Below are positions 47,371-57,346 of a stretch of 64,000 nt of DNA, piece after piece. Under the pieces are notes generated by a model, which made no database searches, was not told the origin of the DNA, and saw only the letters and a program-made list of their open reading frames with translations. The stretch is from positions 67 to 64,066 of the forward strand of contig JAQUKX010000001.1 in NCBI GenBank assembly GCA_028718865.1, given 5' to 3'. The stretch comes from Patescibacteria group bacterium (lineage in GTDB: Bacteria > Patescibacteriota > Patescibacteriia > UBA1558 > GWA2-36-10). How positions within the stretch are numbered: position 1 is the first letter of the stretch; each line of letters begins with the position of its first letter. A program made the position numbers and the translations under genes.

Positions 47371-48708
47371 TTATTCCGGCAATTTAGCCGGCACACTAGA
47401 AGCCGACACTTGCCCTACCTCCGCGCTCAAATCATCAATAATATTAGGATCTATAGTATCGTGGCTTTGAATGGCTTTTCTTAACTCTTCCAAAATTGCA
47501 TCTGCCTTGTCATAACTTTCTTTGATCTGATAAATCTTTTCAAAAGCATCTCGCAAAAATCCTTCTTCCATCAGCTCTTTTGCTTCTTGCAAAATCCGAA
47601 CTTCTTCCGCTGATTCTTTGATGCCTTGGACATCCTTGATTCTCTCGCCGATATTATTGAGCTGTATTGGCTCTTTTTCCAAAACAACTGGCTGAGTGCT
47701 GGAAGCAGCTTCACTGGATACTACTTCAGCTCTTTGCTTCATCTCGTCTATCTTAGAGCCAGCATCAGCGATTTCCGATTCTACTATTTCCCTGACCAAT
47801 TTGTTCAATTTCTCCAAATCACTATTGCCCAAGCCCATTTTCTTTATCATTTCTGCCGTACTGGTCTCATTGATTATCTGCCTAGCGATCTCATTGGTGT
47901 CAGGCTGATTATCGGCTGATTGTCCGGCAACCAGAGCTGCCAGAAGCGCTTCTTCTTGTATTTTTATAGCCAGACCGACTGCCGAACGCTTGACTCCCTC
48001 ACTCACTTCTCTAGCTCCAGATAAAGTCAGTTGTATTTCCGGATTATTGACTGCCTGAATCGCCTTGGCTTTGGCATCTAAAGAAGATGACACTTGTTTG
48101 CTGGATTGAGCTATTTTTTTGATAAGCTCTACCGCTTCTACGGGAGATTTTTGCTCTTTGACAATCTGTAGCGAACTATCTACCGCTGTGACATCTCTTT
48201 CTAAGTGCCTAACCGCTTCTCTGATGGCTTTTTCTTTTCTTTCGCTTTTCTGCTCGCTGTTGTTTTCTGTCTGTAGAATTTTGTCTATCTCACTCAATCT
48301 TTCATTGACATGTTTGAAATAAATTTCTGCTTCCTGACTGGAGCTGCGAGCCAGAGAAAGCTCTACCTTTTCCATAGAGCGCTTGACCGGCCAAAGCGGC
48401 TGTCCGGGCACTGATGCCTGCGCTCCCAGTCGCAATCCAAAGCCCAAGCTCAAAACCAAAAATACTGCCACCACCCGAGTAAAGGAAAATGACAGTCTGC
48501 TCAAAAATGACGTAAAAAATAAATCAGCCTTTTGGGAAAAAGGAGTTTCTGCTTGGCGCATCAGCTTGCTTTGGGAAGCAATCTCTGACAGCAGCTCATA
48601 TTTTGTTTTGGCTGCCCAGTTTTTATCCGGCTGAAGCTCCGGCATATTTTTCAACTGGGAAATTTTTCTAGTCAAACTCATTTTGAGTTGTTTATTGCTT
48701 TTGATCAA
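47371..48708 (-). CDS. Putative anti-sigma factor / membrane protein with an extracytoplasmic coiled-coil domain (DUF5667-like)
   Basis: It overlaps the ECF sigma gene by 17 bp. A single TM (VVAVFLVLSLGFGL) sits ~90 aa from the N-terminus, followed by a long Glu/Lys-rich coiled coil. Confidence 0.5.
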   Translation of the reverse strand: MIKSNKQLKMSLTRKISQLKNMPELQPDKNWAAKTKYELLSEIASQSKLMRQAETPFSQKADLFFTSFLSRLSFSFTRVVAVFLVLSLGFGLRLGAQASVPGQPLWPVKRSMEKVELSLARSSSQEAEIYFKHVNERLSEIDKILQTENNSEQKSERKEKAIREAVRHLERDVTAVDSSLQIVKEQKSPVEAVELIKKIAQSSKQVSSSLDAKAKAIQAVNNPEIQLTLSGAREVSEGVKRSAVGLAIKIQEEALLAALVAGQSADNQPDTNEIARQIINETSTAEMIKKMGLGNSDLEKLNKLVREIVESEIADAGSKIDEMKQRAEVVSSEAASSTQPVVLEKEPIQLNNIGERIKDVQGIKESAEEVRILQEAKELMEEGFLRDAFEKIYQIKESYDKADAILEELRKAIQSHDTIDPNIIDDLSAEVGQVSASSVPAKLPE

Positions 48709-49249
48709 TTAAGCTCTTGAGTTTATTAAGGGCTCTATGGAGAGTAACGCTGATATTATTTTTTTCTTTTTGCATAATATCGGCTATCTCCTCTATACTC
48801 AATCCTTCCAAATAGCGCAGGAGCAACACTTCTTGATAGTCCGGATTGAGTTGTTTTATTTTTTCCAAAAGAACCTGACTGTCTATTTTTTTATCCAGAG
48901 CCGCGCCCTGGTCAGTGGCAGTAGCATCTTCTTTTTCCTCTATATATTCTAGCGGCAATTCCTGATTATTGTTTTGGCGGTAGTGATCAACTACGGAGTT
49001 ATAAGCTATTCTGAAGATAAAGGCCTGAAAGCTTTTGATTTCCTTTTTGTCTACCAAATGCTGCCAGGTTTTTAGAAAAATCTCCTGCGTCAAATCCTCA
49101 GCTACTTGCTTATCCGATACTTTTATTAAGACAAAACGGTAAATGTTATCTACATATTTATCATAAAAAAATGCAAAGGCATCAGAGTCGCCGGCTTTGA
49201 GCTTTAGAAAAGCTATTTTTTCTTTTAAACTACTTTTTACACTCTTCAT
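48692..49249 (-). CDS. RNA polymerase sigma-70 factor, ECF subfamily
   Basis: Region 2 is …FYDKYVDNIYRFVLIKV…EDLTQEIFLKTW…. Region 4 HTH is LLLRYLEGLSIEEIADIM. Confidence 0.85.
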   Translation of the reverse strand: MKSVKSSLKEKIAFLKLKAGDSDAFAFFYDKYVDNIYRFVLIKVSDKQVAEDLTQEIFLKTWQHLVDKKEIKSFQAFIFRIAYNSVVDHYRQNNNQELPLEYIEEKEDATATDQGAALDKKIDSQVLLEKIKQLNPDYQEVLLLRYLEGLSIEEIADIMQKEKNNISVTLHRALNKLKSLIDQKQ

Positions 49250-49429
49250 AAATACAGACGGGAAATTGCCTAAAATATTACACTTTTACGAGCTAAATTA
49301 CAATTGACTATTTATTGGCTAACCTTAAATAAATAAAAAAACGTGATTACGCTTTTGTTTTAACCCCTGATTACAAAGTCAGCAAATTATAACATTTTCA
49401 TTCATGAATGTAAAGAAAAAGCTTATTGT

Positions 49430-49575
49430 TTTCTGTCATTCTGGAGGGAGTCGGGCACGTGCCCGACGACCGATAGAATCTACTTGTCATTCTGGAGCGA
49501 ACGCAGTGAGCGATAGAATCCACCATTGTCCCTACCTCAAAGCATCAAGCGATAGAATCCCTTTGTAATTCCCTC
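49430..49575 (+). repeat. Mosaic repeat cluster (B-type module with the GTCGGGC-ACGT-GCCCGAC hairpin, an A-variant and an E module)
   Basis: Direct reading. Confidence 0.8.
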
Positions 49576-49640
49576 TTTATTTGCTTAAAGGTGTAGAATA
49601 GTCTATACTTAAATCTTATTTTATAAATAAAAAACAAAAA

Positions 49641-49931
49641 ATGGAAAATATAATCAGAGTATCAGTATCAGAAGCCGCTCGGCTTTTTGGCGTATCTAGC
49701 AAAACCATCCGTCAAGCCATCAAAGACCAAAAGCTAAAATATATAGTGGTATCTGGCCGCTATAAAATAAACTTTTCTTCTTTGCTAAGCTGGTCGCAAA
49801 ACTCAAGCCGCCGCCGTAATCTCCTAAAAAATCAAGGCCTAGGGCAATATGTAGATAAGTGGGAGATAAAAAATAAAAAATATAGTCCTGATATCCGGCT
49901 AGCTGCTAAAAATAAGCAGCTGCCAAAATAG
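49641..49931 (+). CDS. Small helix-turn-helix DNA-binding protein (excisionase/MerR-like HTH_17)
   Basis: VSEAARLFGVSSKTIRQAIKDQKL is the HTH. 96 aa. Confidence 0.5.
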   Translation: MENIIRVSVSEAARLFGVSSKTIRQAIKDQKLKYIVVSGRYKINFSSLLSWSQNSSRRRNLLKNQGLGQYVDKWEIKNKKYSPDIRLAAKNKQLPK

Positions 49932-49935
49932 AAAA

Positions 49936-51039
49936 TTACAAAGCTACTTCCAAATCCATTTCCGTATTATTGCGCAAAATCTTGATAATCACTTTGTCGC
50001 CCGGACGATAATTTTGCAGTAATGCGGTCAGAGACCGGCTAGGCGCAATCAAATCATTATTGACTGCCAAGACCACGTCCCCTGCTCTTATTCCAGCTCG
50101 AGCCCCCGGCAAATTGGCTTCCACTGATCTAAGCTGGGGACGGAAAATCAAATTGCCTTTTCTGTCATCAAAACTACTGTTGTTTTCCATGTCCACGTAA
50201 CGCAAGCCTAATTTCGGCCTATCAATATCATTGAGCAAATTGCGCACTGCTTGGCGCAAATAAGGCGCCGGAATCAAGGCTGTTTTTTGATTGGGCAGAC
50301 GATAAACTACGCCCACAAGATAGCCATCAAGGTTGAAATAAGGAGCTGCCAAAGCATCAGCTGACTGGCCGCTAAAATAAGCTATCTGCAAATAATAATC
50401 TAATTTGTCCGAGTACAAATATCTATCCGGATAATAATTCTTGTTTTGCAGAAAAGCCAAATCCAATGAATGTTCCAAACTGTTAGCCAAATCTCGCCAG
50501 CCAAAAATCTTTTCTCCAGCATAAACATTATCGCTAAGCTGAAAATTGAGAGGCAACAAAGAATCAGCACCTATTTTGGCAAAAACCGCCCCGCTAAAAT
50601 CATCTTTTTTTATCTGTTCTATGGCATGAATCTTGCCATTTAAGGCTATTCTTTCTGTGCCGTCTTTGATGACCTGATCACTGCTCAATAGCCAGCCATC
50701 GGAAGTAATCACTGAAGCTGACCCTAAAAAATCGTCAGCTGACAAGAGCTCCTGCCCCAATCCGGCCACTGGAGAACTTATTTTGTAGACACCGGCAATG
50801 CTTTTTTGGTTTTTATTGACCAAATGAACCAAGGGCTGATCTACAACTATGCGCACGCTCTCCGGAGCATTGATAAAATTAAAAGAGCCGGACTGATCTG
50901 GAGATAGCAATAATTTGCCCAAAAAAGCACCGCTCAGACCAGCGATAATCGCCACCGCCACTATCAATAAATACATATTCAATGAAAAAGGCGGCTGCTC
51001 ATTGGTCGGTCTCTCAAAATGTGATTTTCTCTCTTCCAT
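49936..51039 (-). CDS. HtrA/DegP-like trypsin-fold protein with C-terminal PDZ domain and N-terminal TM, possibly catalytically inactive
   Basis: PDZ domain: …GARAGIRAGDVVLAVNNDLIAPSRSLTALL…GDKVIIKI…. At the position where HtrA proteases carry TNNHVV and GNSGGP, this protein has SSDQVI and GQSADA. The alignment is by eye. Confidence 0.55.
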   Translation of the reverse strand: MEERKSHFERPTNEQPPFSLNMYLLIVAVAIIAGLSGAFLGKLLLSPDQSGSFNFINAPESVRIVVDQPLVHLVNKNQKSIAGVYKISSPVAGLGQELLSADDFLGSASVITSDGWLLSSDQVIKDGTERIALNGKIHAIEQIKKDDFSGAVFAKIGADSLLPLNFQLSDNVYAGEKIFGWRDLANSLEHSLDLAFLQNKNYYPDRYLYSDKLDYYLQIAYFSGQSADALAAPYFNLDGYLVGVVYRLPNQKTALIPAPYLRQAVRNLLNDIDRPKLGLRYVDMENNSSFDDRKGNLIFRPQLRSVEANLPGARAGIRAGDVVLAVNNDLIAPSRSLTALLQNYRPGDKVIIKILRNNTEMDLEVAL

Positions 51040-51049
51040 AATATTTTAT

Positions 51050-51772
51050 TTAAAAAATAGAGCTAACTAATAATACTATAAAGCTAAGCAAAAATAAACC
51101 CAAATACCAGCGAAATAAAGACAAGCGCCCCAAAAGGCTCTCTAGGATAAAAAACATAAAAATTGTCAAAGTCGTACCCAGAACATAGAAGCTAAGTGGC
51201 AGCAAATAAATAGCACTAGCTGCCTGCAAGAGCAAAAAAGACGTAAACAAGGCCGGCAACAAGACCCCGCCTTCCCTCAATTTTATTATTTCTCTAGCCC
51301 AGAAAAAAGCCGCTAAAGAAAAAATCAACAAAGCATTGAAAATGGAAAAATTGAGAAAGAAAACAAAAGAATAAAAAGCAACCGACAAAAACCAAAACGA
51401 TAAATAATAAAAAAACTTGTTGAAAGAAAGATATTCGCGGTTTTCCATCACTCGCCGGCTGTCAAAATGCTTTTTTAAAAACCACCAAAGTACCAGCCAT
51501 AAAAAAGCAAAAATCAAAGCTAGCCAATAACGCAAAGCAACCGAGCTCAAAAGCAGTAGAAATAAAAGCTGGGATAAATAAGCTAAAGACAAGTTTAACC
51601 AAAGATTTTTGAAGCTAAAAAAATAATGCCTGGCAATTATTTGGCCGCTTAGCAAAATTACTATTAAAGAAAAACCTAAAACCCACCAAAAACCGGTCCG
51701 GCTATAGAAAAAAAACCAAAAAGCGGACAAAAGTAATAAGGGATTAATAAAAATTACCAAATATCTAGTCAT
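51050..51772 (-). CDS. Hypothetical polytopic membrane protein
   Basis: 240 aa with six or seven hydrophobic helices, rich in Phe/Leu/Trp. Confidence 0.4.
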   Translation of the reverse strand: MTRYLVIFINPLLLLSAFWFFFYSRTGFWWVLGFSLIVILLSGQIIARHYFFSFKNLWLNLSLAYLSQLLFLLLLSSVALRYWLALIFAFLWLVLWWFLKKHFDSRRVMENREYLSFNKFFYYLSFWFLSVAFYSFVFFLNFSIFNALLIFSLAAFFWAREIIKLREGGVLLPALFTSFLLLQAASAIYLLPLSFYVLGTTLTIFMFFILESLLGRLSLFRWYLGLFLLSFIVLLVSSIF

Positions 51773-51776
51773 TTTT

Positions 51777-52097
51777 TTATTGAAACAAAGATTCGCCTTC
51801 TAGCTTGTGCCAGTCATCAGCACTATCTGACCATTGCCAAAGCTCCAAATAACTGACTGTCTCATCAGGCGAATAAACATAATCCACCTTGACGCCCGAA
51901 CCGGCCCGATTGGAATACATGGTTTTTTTATCCAGTAGCTTGGGCTTGGTGATGAATTTGAGCTTGATCTTGCCCTGCGGACCGACAAACTCCAGAACCT
52001 CAGCTGCGCCTGGATCAAGCTCTTCTTGATACTGGTCAATAATTTTAAAATTATTTTTGACCTGTATTTTTATTTCCTGCCAACGCTCTTTGGTCAT
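51777..52097 (-). CDS. Hypothetical protein
   Basis: A 106-aa ORF in operon context with no recognisable motif. Confidence 0.35.
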   Translation of the reverse strand: MTKERWQEIKIQVKNNFKIIDQYQEELDPGAAEVLEFVGPQGKIKLKFITKPKLLDKKTMYSNRAGSGVKVDYVYSPDETVSYLELWQWSDSADDWHKLEGESLFQ

Positions 52098-52114
52098 GGC
52101 TTTATAATTAATAA

Positions 52115-52594
52115 TTATTTTATCATACGATAATCTAAACCCTTTAAATTTATTATATCACCTTTTTCAATATTGAGCCTGTCAATTGTTCCAGCCACTA
52201 CTTCCAAAACCAGATTAACTGGCACTGGCGAAACATATCTCTCCAGGTCATCTTCGTTTGTACCTTGAGCCGGTGGCTGGATATTTTTGGCAAAGCCTAC
52301 TACCTGATTATCTGCCAGCCATAAAATATCAATAGCAAAATTCATATCTTTCATCCAAAAACTCCTCACTTGATAATCAGGAAAAACAAAGAGCATGGCC
52401 TGATCAGGCGCCAAAGCCGGCCGACCGGATAAGCCTATAGACCATTGCCCAGGATCACTGGCAATGACCAAATCAAAGATCTGACCCTTTATTTCCGCTC
52501 TGGCCTCCGATGGCGACTGCCACTGCAAGCCAAGCCAAAAAAACAATAAAAACAGCAATAAAGCCAGTATTAATATTTTAAGGAATTTTTTCAT
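52115..52594 (-). CDS. DUF192 domain protein (secreted)
   Basis: …GLSGRPALAPDQAMLFVFPDYQVRSFWMKDMNFAIDILWLADNQVV… matches the DUF192 pattern. The start is placed at the internal Met (MKKFLKILILALLL signal-like). Confidence 0.6.
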   Translation of the reverse strand: MKKFLKILILALLLFLLFFWLGLQWQSPSEARAEIKGQIFDLVIASDPGQWSIGLSGRPALAPDQAMLFVFPDYQVRSFWMKDMNFAIDILWLADNQVVGFAKNIQPPAQGTNEDDLERYVSPVPVNLVLEVVAGTIDRLNIEKGDIINLKGLDYRMIK

Positions 52595-53660
52595 GTGGTT
52601 TTCGTAGCTTCCGATTAAGCCAGATATTGAGACCAAGCATAAAAATCAGCAACAATGCCAAGGCGCTGATTTTGGTCTTGGTGGTAAGCAAAAGTGCTGT
52701 CAGGCCAAAGCACAAGCTAATAGCACTCATAAAAAGCACTGAGCGGCGCTGGCCTAGACCAGCTCGCAACAGGCGAAAATGCAGATGCTCGTTGTCCCCT
52801 TGCCAAATCGGCCGGCCCTGCTGCCAGCGCCGCACCATTACCCAGACAATATCCAAAACCGGCAAGCCCATCACCAGCAAAGCAGTAGCGATTTTTGAGC
52901 CAGAAACTATGGCCAATACTGCCAAGGAAAAACCAATAAAAGTACTACCCCCTTCTCCTAAAAAAATATTGGCTGGGTGCCAATTGAGAAGTAAAAATCC
53001 CAAAATAGCCCCCGCCAAAGCCAGAGACAAAACAGAAGTGGTAGAACCAACCACATCCCAGGATAAACTGACAAAAAATATAACCAAAGCAGCAATAGTG
53101 CCTATACTGCCTACTAAGCCGTCTAAGCCGTCTAAAAGCTTGGTGGTATAAGTCATGCCCAAAAGCCAAAAAAAGGTCAAAAACAAAGGAATAAGAGCCG
53201 ATAAAAAGCTACCAGAGGCAAAGATCTTGTCCAAATAAAGCACGCCTCCGTCCGGGTGGGTAATGTAACTGATTTTCAAACCAGAAGCCATGACTATCCC
53301 TACTGCTGATAAGGGTCCCAAAATACTCCACTTAGGGGTCAATTTATATTTGTCGTCCAAAAAACCGCTAAAAATCAAAACTGCTCCCGCCACAAAAAAC
53401 CAAAATATCAACCAAGGGTCAATGCGAGAATCCAGCAAAAAACCTCTTTGCCACATGAAAACAGCAGCCAAAAGTAAAGTCGAATAAATCGCCAAACCGC
53501 CCAGCAAAGGCACGGGCTTTTTGTGTATTTTGATGTTAAAATCCGGCTGGTCAAAAATCTTCAATTTGGCCGCCAGATAAATAACCAACTTGGTAAGTAA
53601 AAATGACAAAACAACACTAAGCAGAAAAATCAAAATCAAATTGGGATAATTGCTAATCAT
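52578..53660 (-). CDS. MraY/WecA-family polyprenyl-phosphate N-acetylhexosamine-1-phosphate transferase
   Basis: 360 aa with 10-11 TMs. …KPVPLLGGLAIY… and …FLDDKYKLTPKWSILGPL… are family motifs. Confidence 0.75.
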   Translation of the reverse strand: MISNYPNLILIFLLSVVLSFLLTKLVIYLAAKLKIFDQPDFNIKIHKKPVPLLGGLAIYSTLLLAAVFMWQRGFLLDSRIDPWLIFWFFVAGAVLIFSGFLDDKYKLTPKWSILGPLSAVGIVMASGLKISYITHPDGGVLYLDKIFASGSFLSALIPLFLTFFWLLGMTYTTKLLDGLDGLVGSIGTIAALVIFFVSLSWDVVGSTTSVLSLALAGAILGFLLLNWHPANIFLGEGGSTFIGFSLAVLAIVSGSKIATALLVMGLPVLDIVWVMVRRWQQGRPIWQGDNEHLHFRLLRAGLGQRRSVLFMSAISLCFGLTALLLTTKTKISALALLLIFMLGLNIWLNRKLRKPHEKIP

Positions 53661-54039
53661 TTTTACTCAAAAAAGAATCCAAAATAGCTGCGGCCGCATG
53701 CTTATCAATGTCTTTTTTTACATTTTGCCGCTGATAAAGGCGGGAACTAAACTGCTCATTGACAGTTTCCACTGGCAAGTCAAAATTGTCTTTGAGCCAA
53801 GCCAAAAAATCAACTGTAATACGATAACGCTCATTTTCCTTGCCAGACAAAGACAAGGGCAGACCCAAAACCAAACGGCTGATGTTATTTTCTTTGATTA
53901 TTTCTTTGATTTGTTTGAGTAAATCTTGACGGCCGCGATTGCCAATCACCTTGTAAGGCAAAGCTAAACTGCCTACCTCGGCCAAAGCCAGACCAATACG
54001 CTTGTCGCCATAATCAATTCCTAAAATATTTTCTCTCAT
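53653..54039 (-). CDS. ruvX: Holliday junction resolvase-like RuvX/YqgF
   Basis: ILGIDYGDKRIGLALAE…RLVLGLPLSLSGKE…. Confidence 0.85.
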   Translation of the reverse strand: MRENILGIDYGDKRIGLALAEVGSLALPYKVIGNRGRQDLLKQIKEIIKENNISRLVLGLPLSLSGKENERYRITVDFLAWLKDNFDLPVETVNEQFSSRLYQRQNVKKDIDKHAAAAILDSFLSKND

Positions 54040-54042
54040 AAG

Positions 54043-54792
54043 TTACTTTTGAGTCAATATCAGACAGCCATTTTCGGTCACTGCTACTGAATGCTCAAAG
54101 TGAGCTGTCAGGCTGCCGTCTCTGGCTTTGATATCCCAATTATTTTCTGCTGTAAGCACTCGATAATCGCCGCCCAAGGTTATCATTGGCTCAATTGCCA
54201 AAACCATTCCGGCAAACATTTTTGCCGTCTTAGAGCGAGTATCATAATTGGGCACAGTTGGATTTTCATGTATAGCTCGACCCACGCCATGCCCGGCTAA
54301 ATCCCTTACTATACCATAGCCAAGCGGCTGGATAAATTTCTCTATAGCTCGGCCTATGTCGCCGATTTCCTTACCTGGTTTTATTTGGGATAGGCCTATA
54401 CTCAAAGCTTTTTTGGCTGCCAGCAAAAGATCCTGAGCAGCTTGGCTGATGTTTCCCACTCCCACAGTCAAAGCCATATCAGTATAAAGACCTTTGTACT
54501 CCAAGCCCAAATCTAGACCAACCAAATCCCCCTCTTGAAAAGGTTTATCACTAGGTATGCCATGCACCACTGTATCATTGACCGAAACGCAAAGGGTACT
54601 GGGAAAGCCCTTATAATTTTTAAAAGCTGGTCGGCCGCCGGCCTGCTTGATACAGCTTTCGGCCAGCTCATCTAACTCTTGGCCGCTGATACCCGGCTCA
54701 ACTCTAGCGGCCAATTTATGCAAAATGGAAGCCAGAATCGCTCCGCCCTCCTGCAAAATCTCTATTTCTTTGGCTGATTTTTTATCCAGCAT
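54043..54792 (-). CDS. map: Type I methionine aminopeptidase
   Basis: Metal-ligand residues in context: …GLYTDMALTVGVG… and HGVGRAIHE. Confidence 0.9.
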   Translation of the reverse strand: MLDKKSAKEIEILQEGGAILASILHKLAARVEPGISGQELDELAESCIKQAGGRPAFKNYKGFPSTLCVSVNDTVVHGIPSDKPFQEGDLVGLDLGLEYKGLYTDMALTVGVGNISQAAQDLLLAAKKALSIGLSQIKPGKEIGDIGRAIEKFIQPLGYGIVRDLAGHGVGRAIHENPTVPNYDTRSKTAKMFAGMVLAIEPMITLGGDYRVLTAENNWDIKARDGSLTAHFEHSVAVTENGCLILTQK

Positions 54793-55429
54793 TTTCTTGC
54801 AAATAACTTACTATATCATGGTTGATAGCGGCTATGCTCTTTTCTCCGTTGAAAAAAACCAATTTGCCTTGCCGGCTGTAGTGTTCTATCAATTGACTGC
54901 TCTGCTCTCTGTATATAGCTAGACGCTTTTTTATAACTTCTTCTTTATCGTCTTCTCGCTGAAATAATTTTGCGCCGCAGACATCACAAAGCTCTCCTTT
55001 GCTTGAAGGCTGATAAACCTGATGAAAGACGTGCCCACTGTCACAAATACGCCGACCGCTAATGCGCCGGACTGCTTCCTGATCGGAAATCTCAATGTTG
55101 AAAACTTTGTCTACCCCACAAGCCAAATCCAAGGCTTCGGCTTGAGCCAAGCTGCGAGGAAAACCATCCAGTAAAAACCCTTTGGAAAAACGCGAGGTTT
55201 TGAGCTCTTCTAAAACCAAAGCAATCACTTGCGGGTCGGGAATAAGCTGGCCTTTGGCCATTTGTTCTTTTATCTGTTGACCCAGAGTGCTGCCTTGTTT
55301 GATAAAATCTTTGAGCACTTGGCTGGCGCTGATAAACTCAATGCCCAAAAAATCAATAATGACTTTGGCTTGAGTGCTTTTGCCCGATCCCTGCGGTCCA
55401 AATAAAACGATTTTTCTGATTTTTTCCAT
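54782..55429 (-). CDS. adk: Adenylate kinase with zinc-binding lid
   Basis: P-loop LFGPQGSGKSTQAK and lid CDSGHVFH…CDVCG. The start is at the internal Met MEKIRKI. Confidence 0.9.
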   Translation of the reverse strand: MEKIRKIVLFGPQGSGKSTQAKVIIDFLGIEFISASQVLKDFIKQGSTLGQQIKEQMAKGQLIPDPQVIALVLEELKTSRFSKGFLLDGFPRSLAQAEALDLACGVDKVFNIEISDQEAVRRISGRRICDSGHVFHQVYQPSSKGELCDVCGAKLFQREDDKEEVIKKRLAIYREQSSQLIEHYSRQGKLVFFNGEKSIAAINHDIVSYLQENAG

Positions 55430-55534
55430 AATTTTTACCAATAAATTATAGCAAATCACCCTCTTAAAATCAAAAGCCCCTTGACATATATATATCTTGG
55501 GGGTTTTGAAAAAAATAAAAATAAAATAACAGCC

Positions 55535-56812
55535 TTAAAATCCTTCGTAATCGCGCATTACCAGCTGGGCGTCTATTTGCTTGACTGTTTCTATAGCTAC
55601 CGAGACTGTAATCAACAAGCTGGTACCGCCTATGCTCATAGTAACTATACCGGTAGCCGGTCCGATGATAAAAGGCAAAACCGCTATCAAGCCTAAGAAG
55701 ATAGCGCCGGCGAAAATAATCCTATTCATGACAAAATTGAGATAGCCGGAAGTGTGGCTGCCCGGCCTGATGCCGGGTACAAAGCCTCCCTGTTTTTGCA
55801 GATTTTCGGCAATCTGATCGGGCTTGAAAATAACCGAAGTGTAAAAATAAGTAAAAAATACCACCATTAAAAAATAAATCGCTCCGTAAAAAATCTGATT
55901 TTGAAAAATATCAATTATCCATTGGGAAGAGCTGGCTATCCAATAAGTGTCGGAGCGTAAGAAAAATTGAGCGACCATGGGCGGGAAAATAATCACGGAA
56001 ATAGCAAAGATAATAGGAATAACTCCCGCTTGATTAACCCGCAAAGGCAAATGAGTACTAACTCCACCAACGCTCTTTTGCCCGACCACATGACGAGCAT
56101 AAGAAACCGGAATATTTCTGGTGCCTTCAGTCATTATCACAATAGCGGCAATGGTTATCAAAGCAATGATGCCAAAAATAAGCAAATTAAGAACCATGGT
56201 ATTATCAAAAGCAATCAAGGTATTTCTAATTGACTGGGGTAGTCCGGAAACAATACCGGCAAAAATGATCAAGGAAACACCGTTGCCTATTTTTTTCTCA
56301 CTGATAAGCTCTCCCAGCCACATCAAAAATATTGTACCAGCCGTGATAATCACTAAGGTAGCGGCCAACTGAAAAGAAGTCATGTCGCCCAAAAGGCGTC
56401 CTTGAGTCTGGCTAGATAATATTCGCAAAAAACCGTAGCCGTTGACAAGAGCCAAAGGCACGGTCAATAATCTGGTATATTGATTTATTTTCTGGCGTCC
56501 ATACTCGCCTTCCTTAGACAAAGCCTCCAGCTTGGGCACTATCATTACCAAAAGCTGAAAAATAATGGAAGCAGTGATGTAAGGACCGACTCCAAGCATT
56601 ACTACTGAAAAATTCTGCATTGCGCCGCCGGAAAAAAGATTGAGCAGTCCCAAAACCTGATTACTCTGAAAATATTCTCTCAAATCCCCGACATTGATGC
56701 CCGGGATAGGGATATGAGCAGCTATTCTAAAAATAATCAAAAGAGCCAAAACATATAAAATGCTGTTTCGGACATCTTTGGCCTTCCAAACTTGCTGTAA
56801 TTTGGCTAACAT
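55535..56812 (-). CDS. secY: Preprotein translocase subunit SecY
   Basis: 425 aa with 10 TMs. It follows L15 in the conserved spc-operon order. Confidence 0.9.
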   Translation of the reverse strand: MLAKLQQVWKAKDVRNSILYVLALLIIFRIAAHIPIPGINVGDLREYFQSNQVLGLLNLFSGGAMQNFSVVMLGVGPYITASIIFQLLVMIVPKLEALSKEGEYGRQKINQYTRLLTVPLALVNGYGFLRILSSQTQGRLLGDMTSFQLAATLVIITAGTIFLMWLGELISEKKIGNGVSLIIFAGIVSGLPQSIRNTLIAFDNTMVLNLLIFGIIALITIAAIVIMTEGTRNIPVSYARHVVGQKSVGGVSTHLPLRVNQAGVIPIIFAISVIIFPPMVAQFFLRSDTYWIASSSQWIIDIFQNQIFYGAIYFLMVVFFTYFYTSVIFKPDQIAENLQKQGGFVPGIRPGSHTSGYLNFVMNRIIFAGAIFLGLIAVLPFIIGPATGIVTMSIGGTSLLITVSVAIETVKQIDAQLVMRDYEGF

Positions 56813-56815
56813 AAT

Positions 56816-57328
56816 TTATTTTTTATTGACAATTTTTTCTTTTTTGTCTTTGGCGTCTTGGCCTTTGGGCTGGCTCTTTTTAAAATTTTTCAATACTGCT
56901 TGGCCGCCGCTGGCTTCTATTTTTTTAACTGCTTCTTTGGAAAAAGCATTGGCTTCTATTATCAAGCCTTTTTTGGCCAACTGACCGGCTGATAACACTT
57001 TTAGTCCGTTTTCAGTTGTTTTTATAAGACCAGCCTTGACTAGCTCTCTGGCATTTATAGTAGCGCCGTCGGCAAATATATTCAAGTTGCCGATATTAAC
57101 CACGGCCATTTGCGAATGCAAAGACTGAAAACCCCTTACTTTGGGAATGCGCAACAAATAACCCTTGATGCTGCGACCAGCTAAACCAGATCGACCGCCA
57201 GAACGAGCTCTTTGCCCCTTCATGCCTCGAGTGGAATAATTACCGCGGCCCGAAGCATTACCTCTACCTCTTCTTTTGGCTTTCTTGATTTTGCCTTTGG
57301 GTTTTGTCAAATTATTCAATGCCAACAT
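56816..57328 (-). CDS. rplO: 50S ribosomal protein L15 with Lys-rich C-terminal extension
   Basis: …RRGRGNASGRGNYSTRGMKGQRARSGG…. Confidence 0.9.
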   Translation of the reverse strand: MLALNNLTKPKGKIKKAKRRGRGNASGRGNYSTRGMKGQRARSGGRSGLAGRSIKGYLLRIPKVRGFQSLHSQMAVVNIGNLNIFADGATINARELVKAGLIKTTENGLKVLSAGQLAKKGLIIEANAFSKEAVKKIEASGGQAVLKNFKKSQPKGQDAKDKKEKIVNKK

Positions 57329-57346
57329 AATTGTAAATATTAAGCT

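Noticed and set aside
49250-49430. tRNA or a small RNA gene in the 390-bp gap between the ECF sigma gene and the HTH gene
   Set aside because: No cloverleaf-compatible sequence was found; there is no GTTCRANYC T-loop box or matching acceptor stems. The part of the gap shown is AT-rich promoter-like DNA and the remainder is the repeat cluster at 49430-49575.
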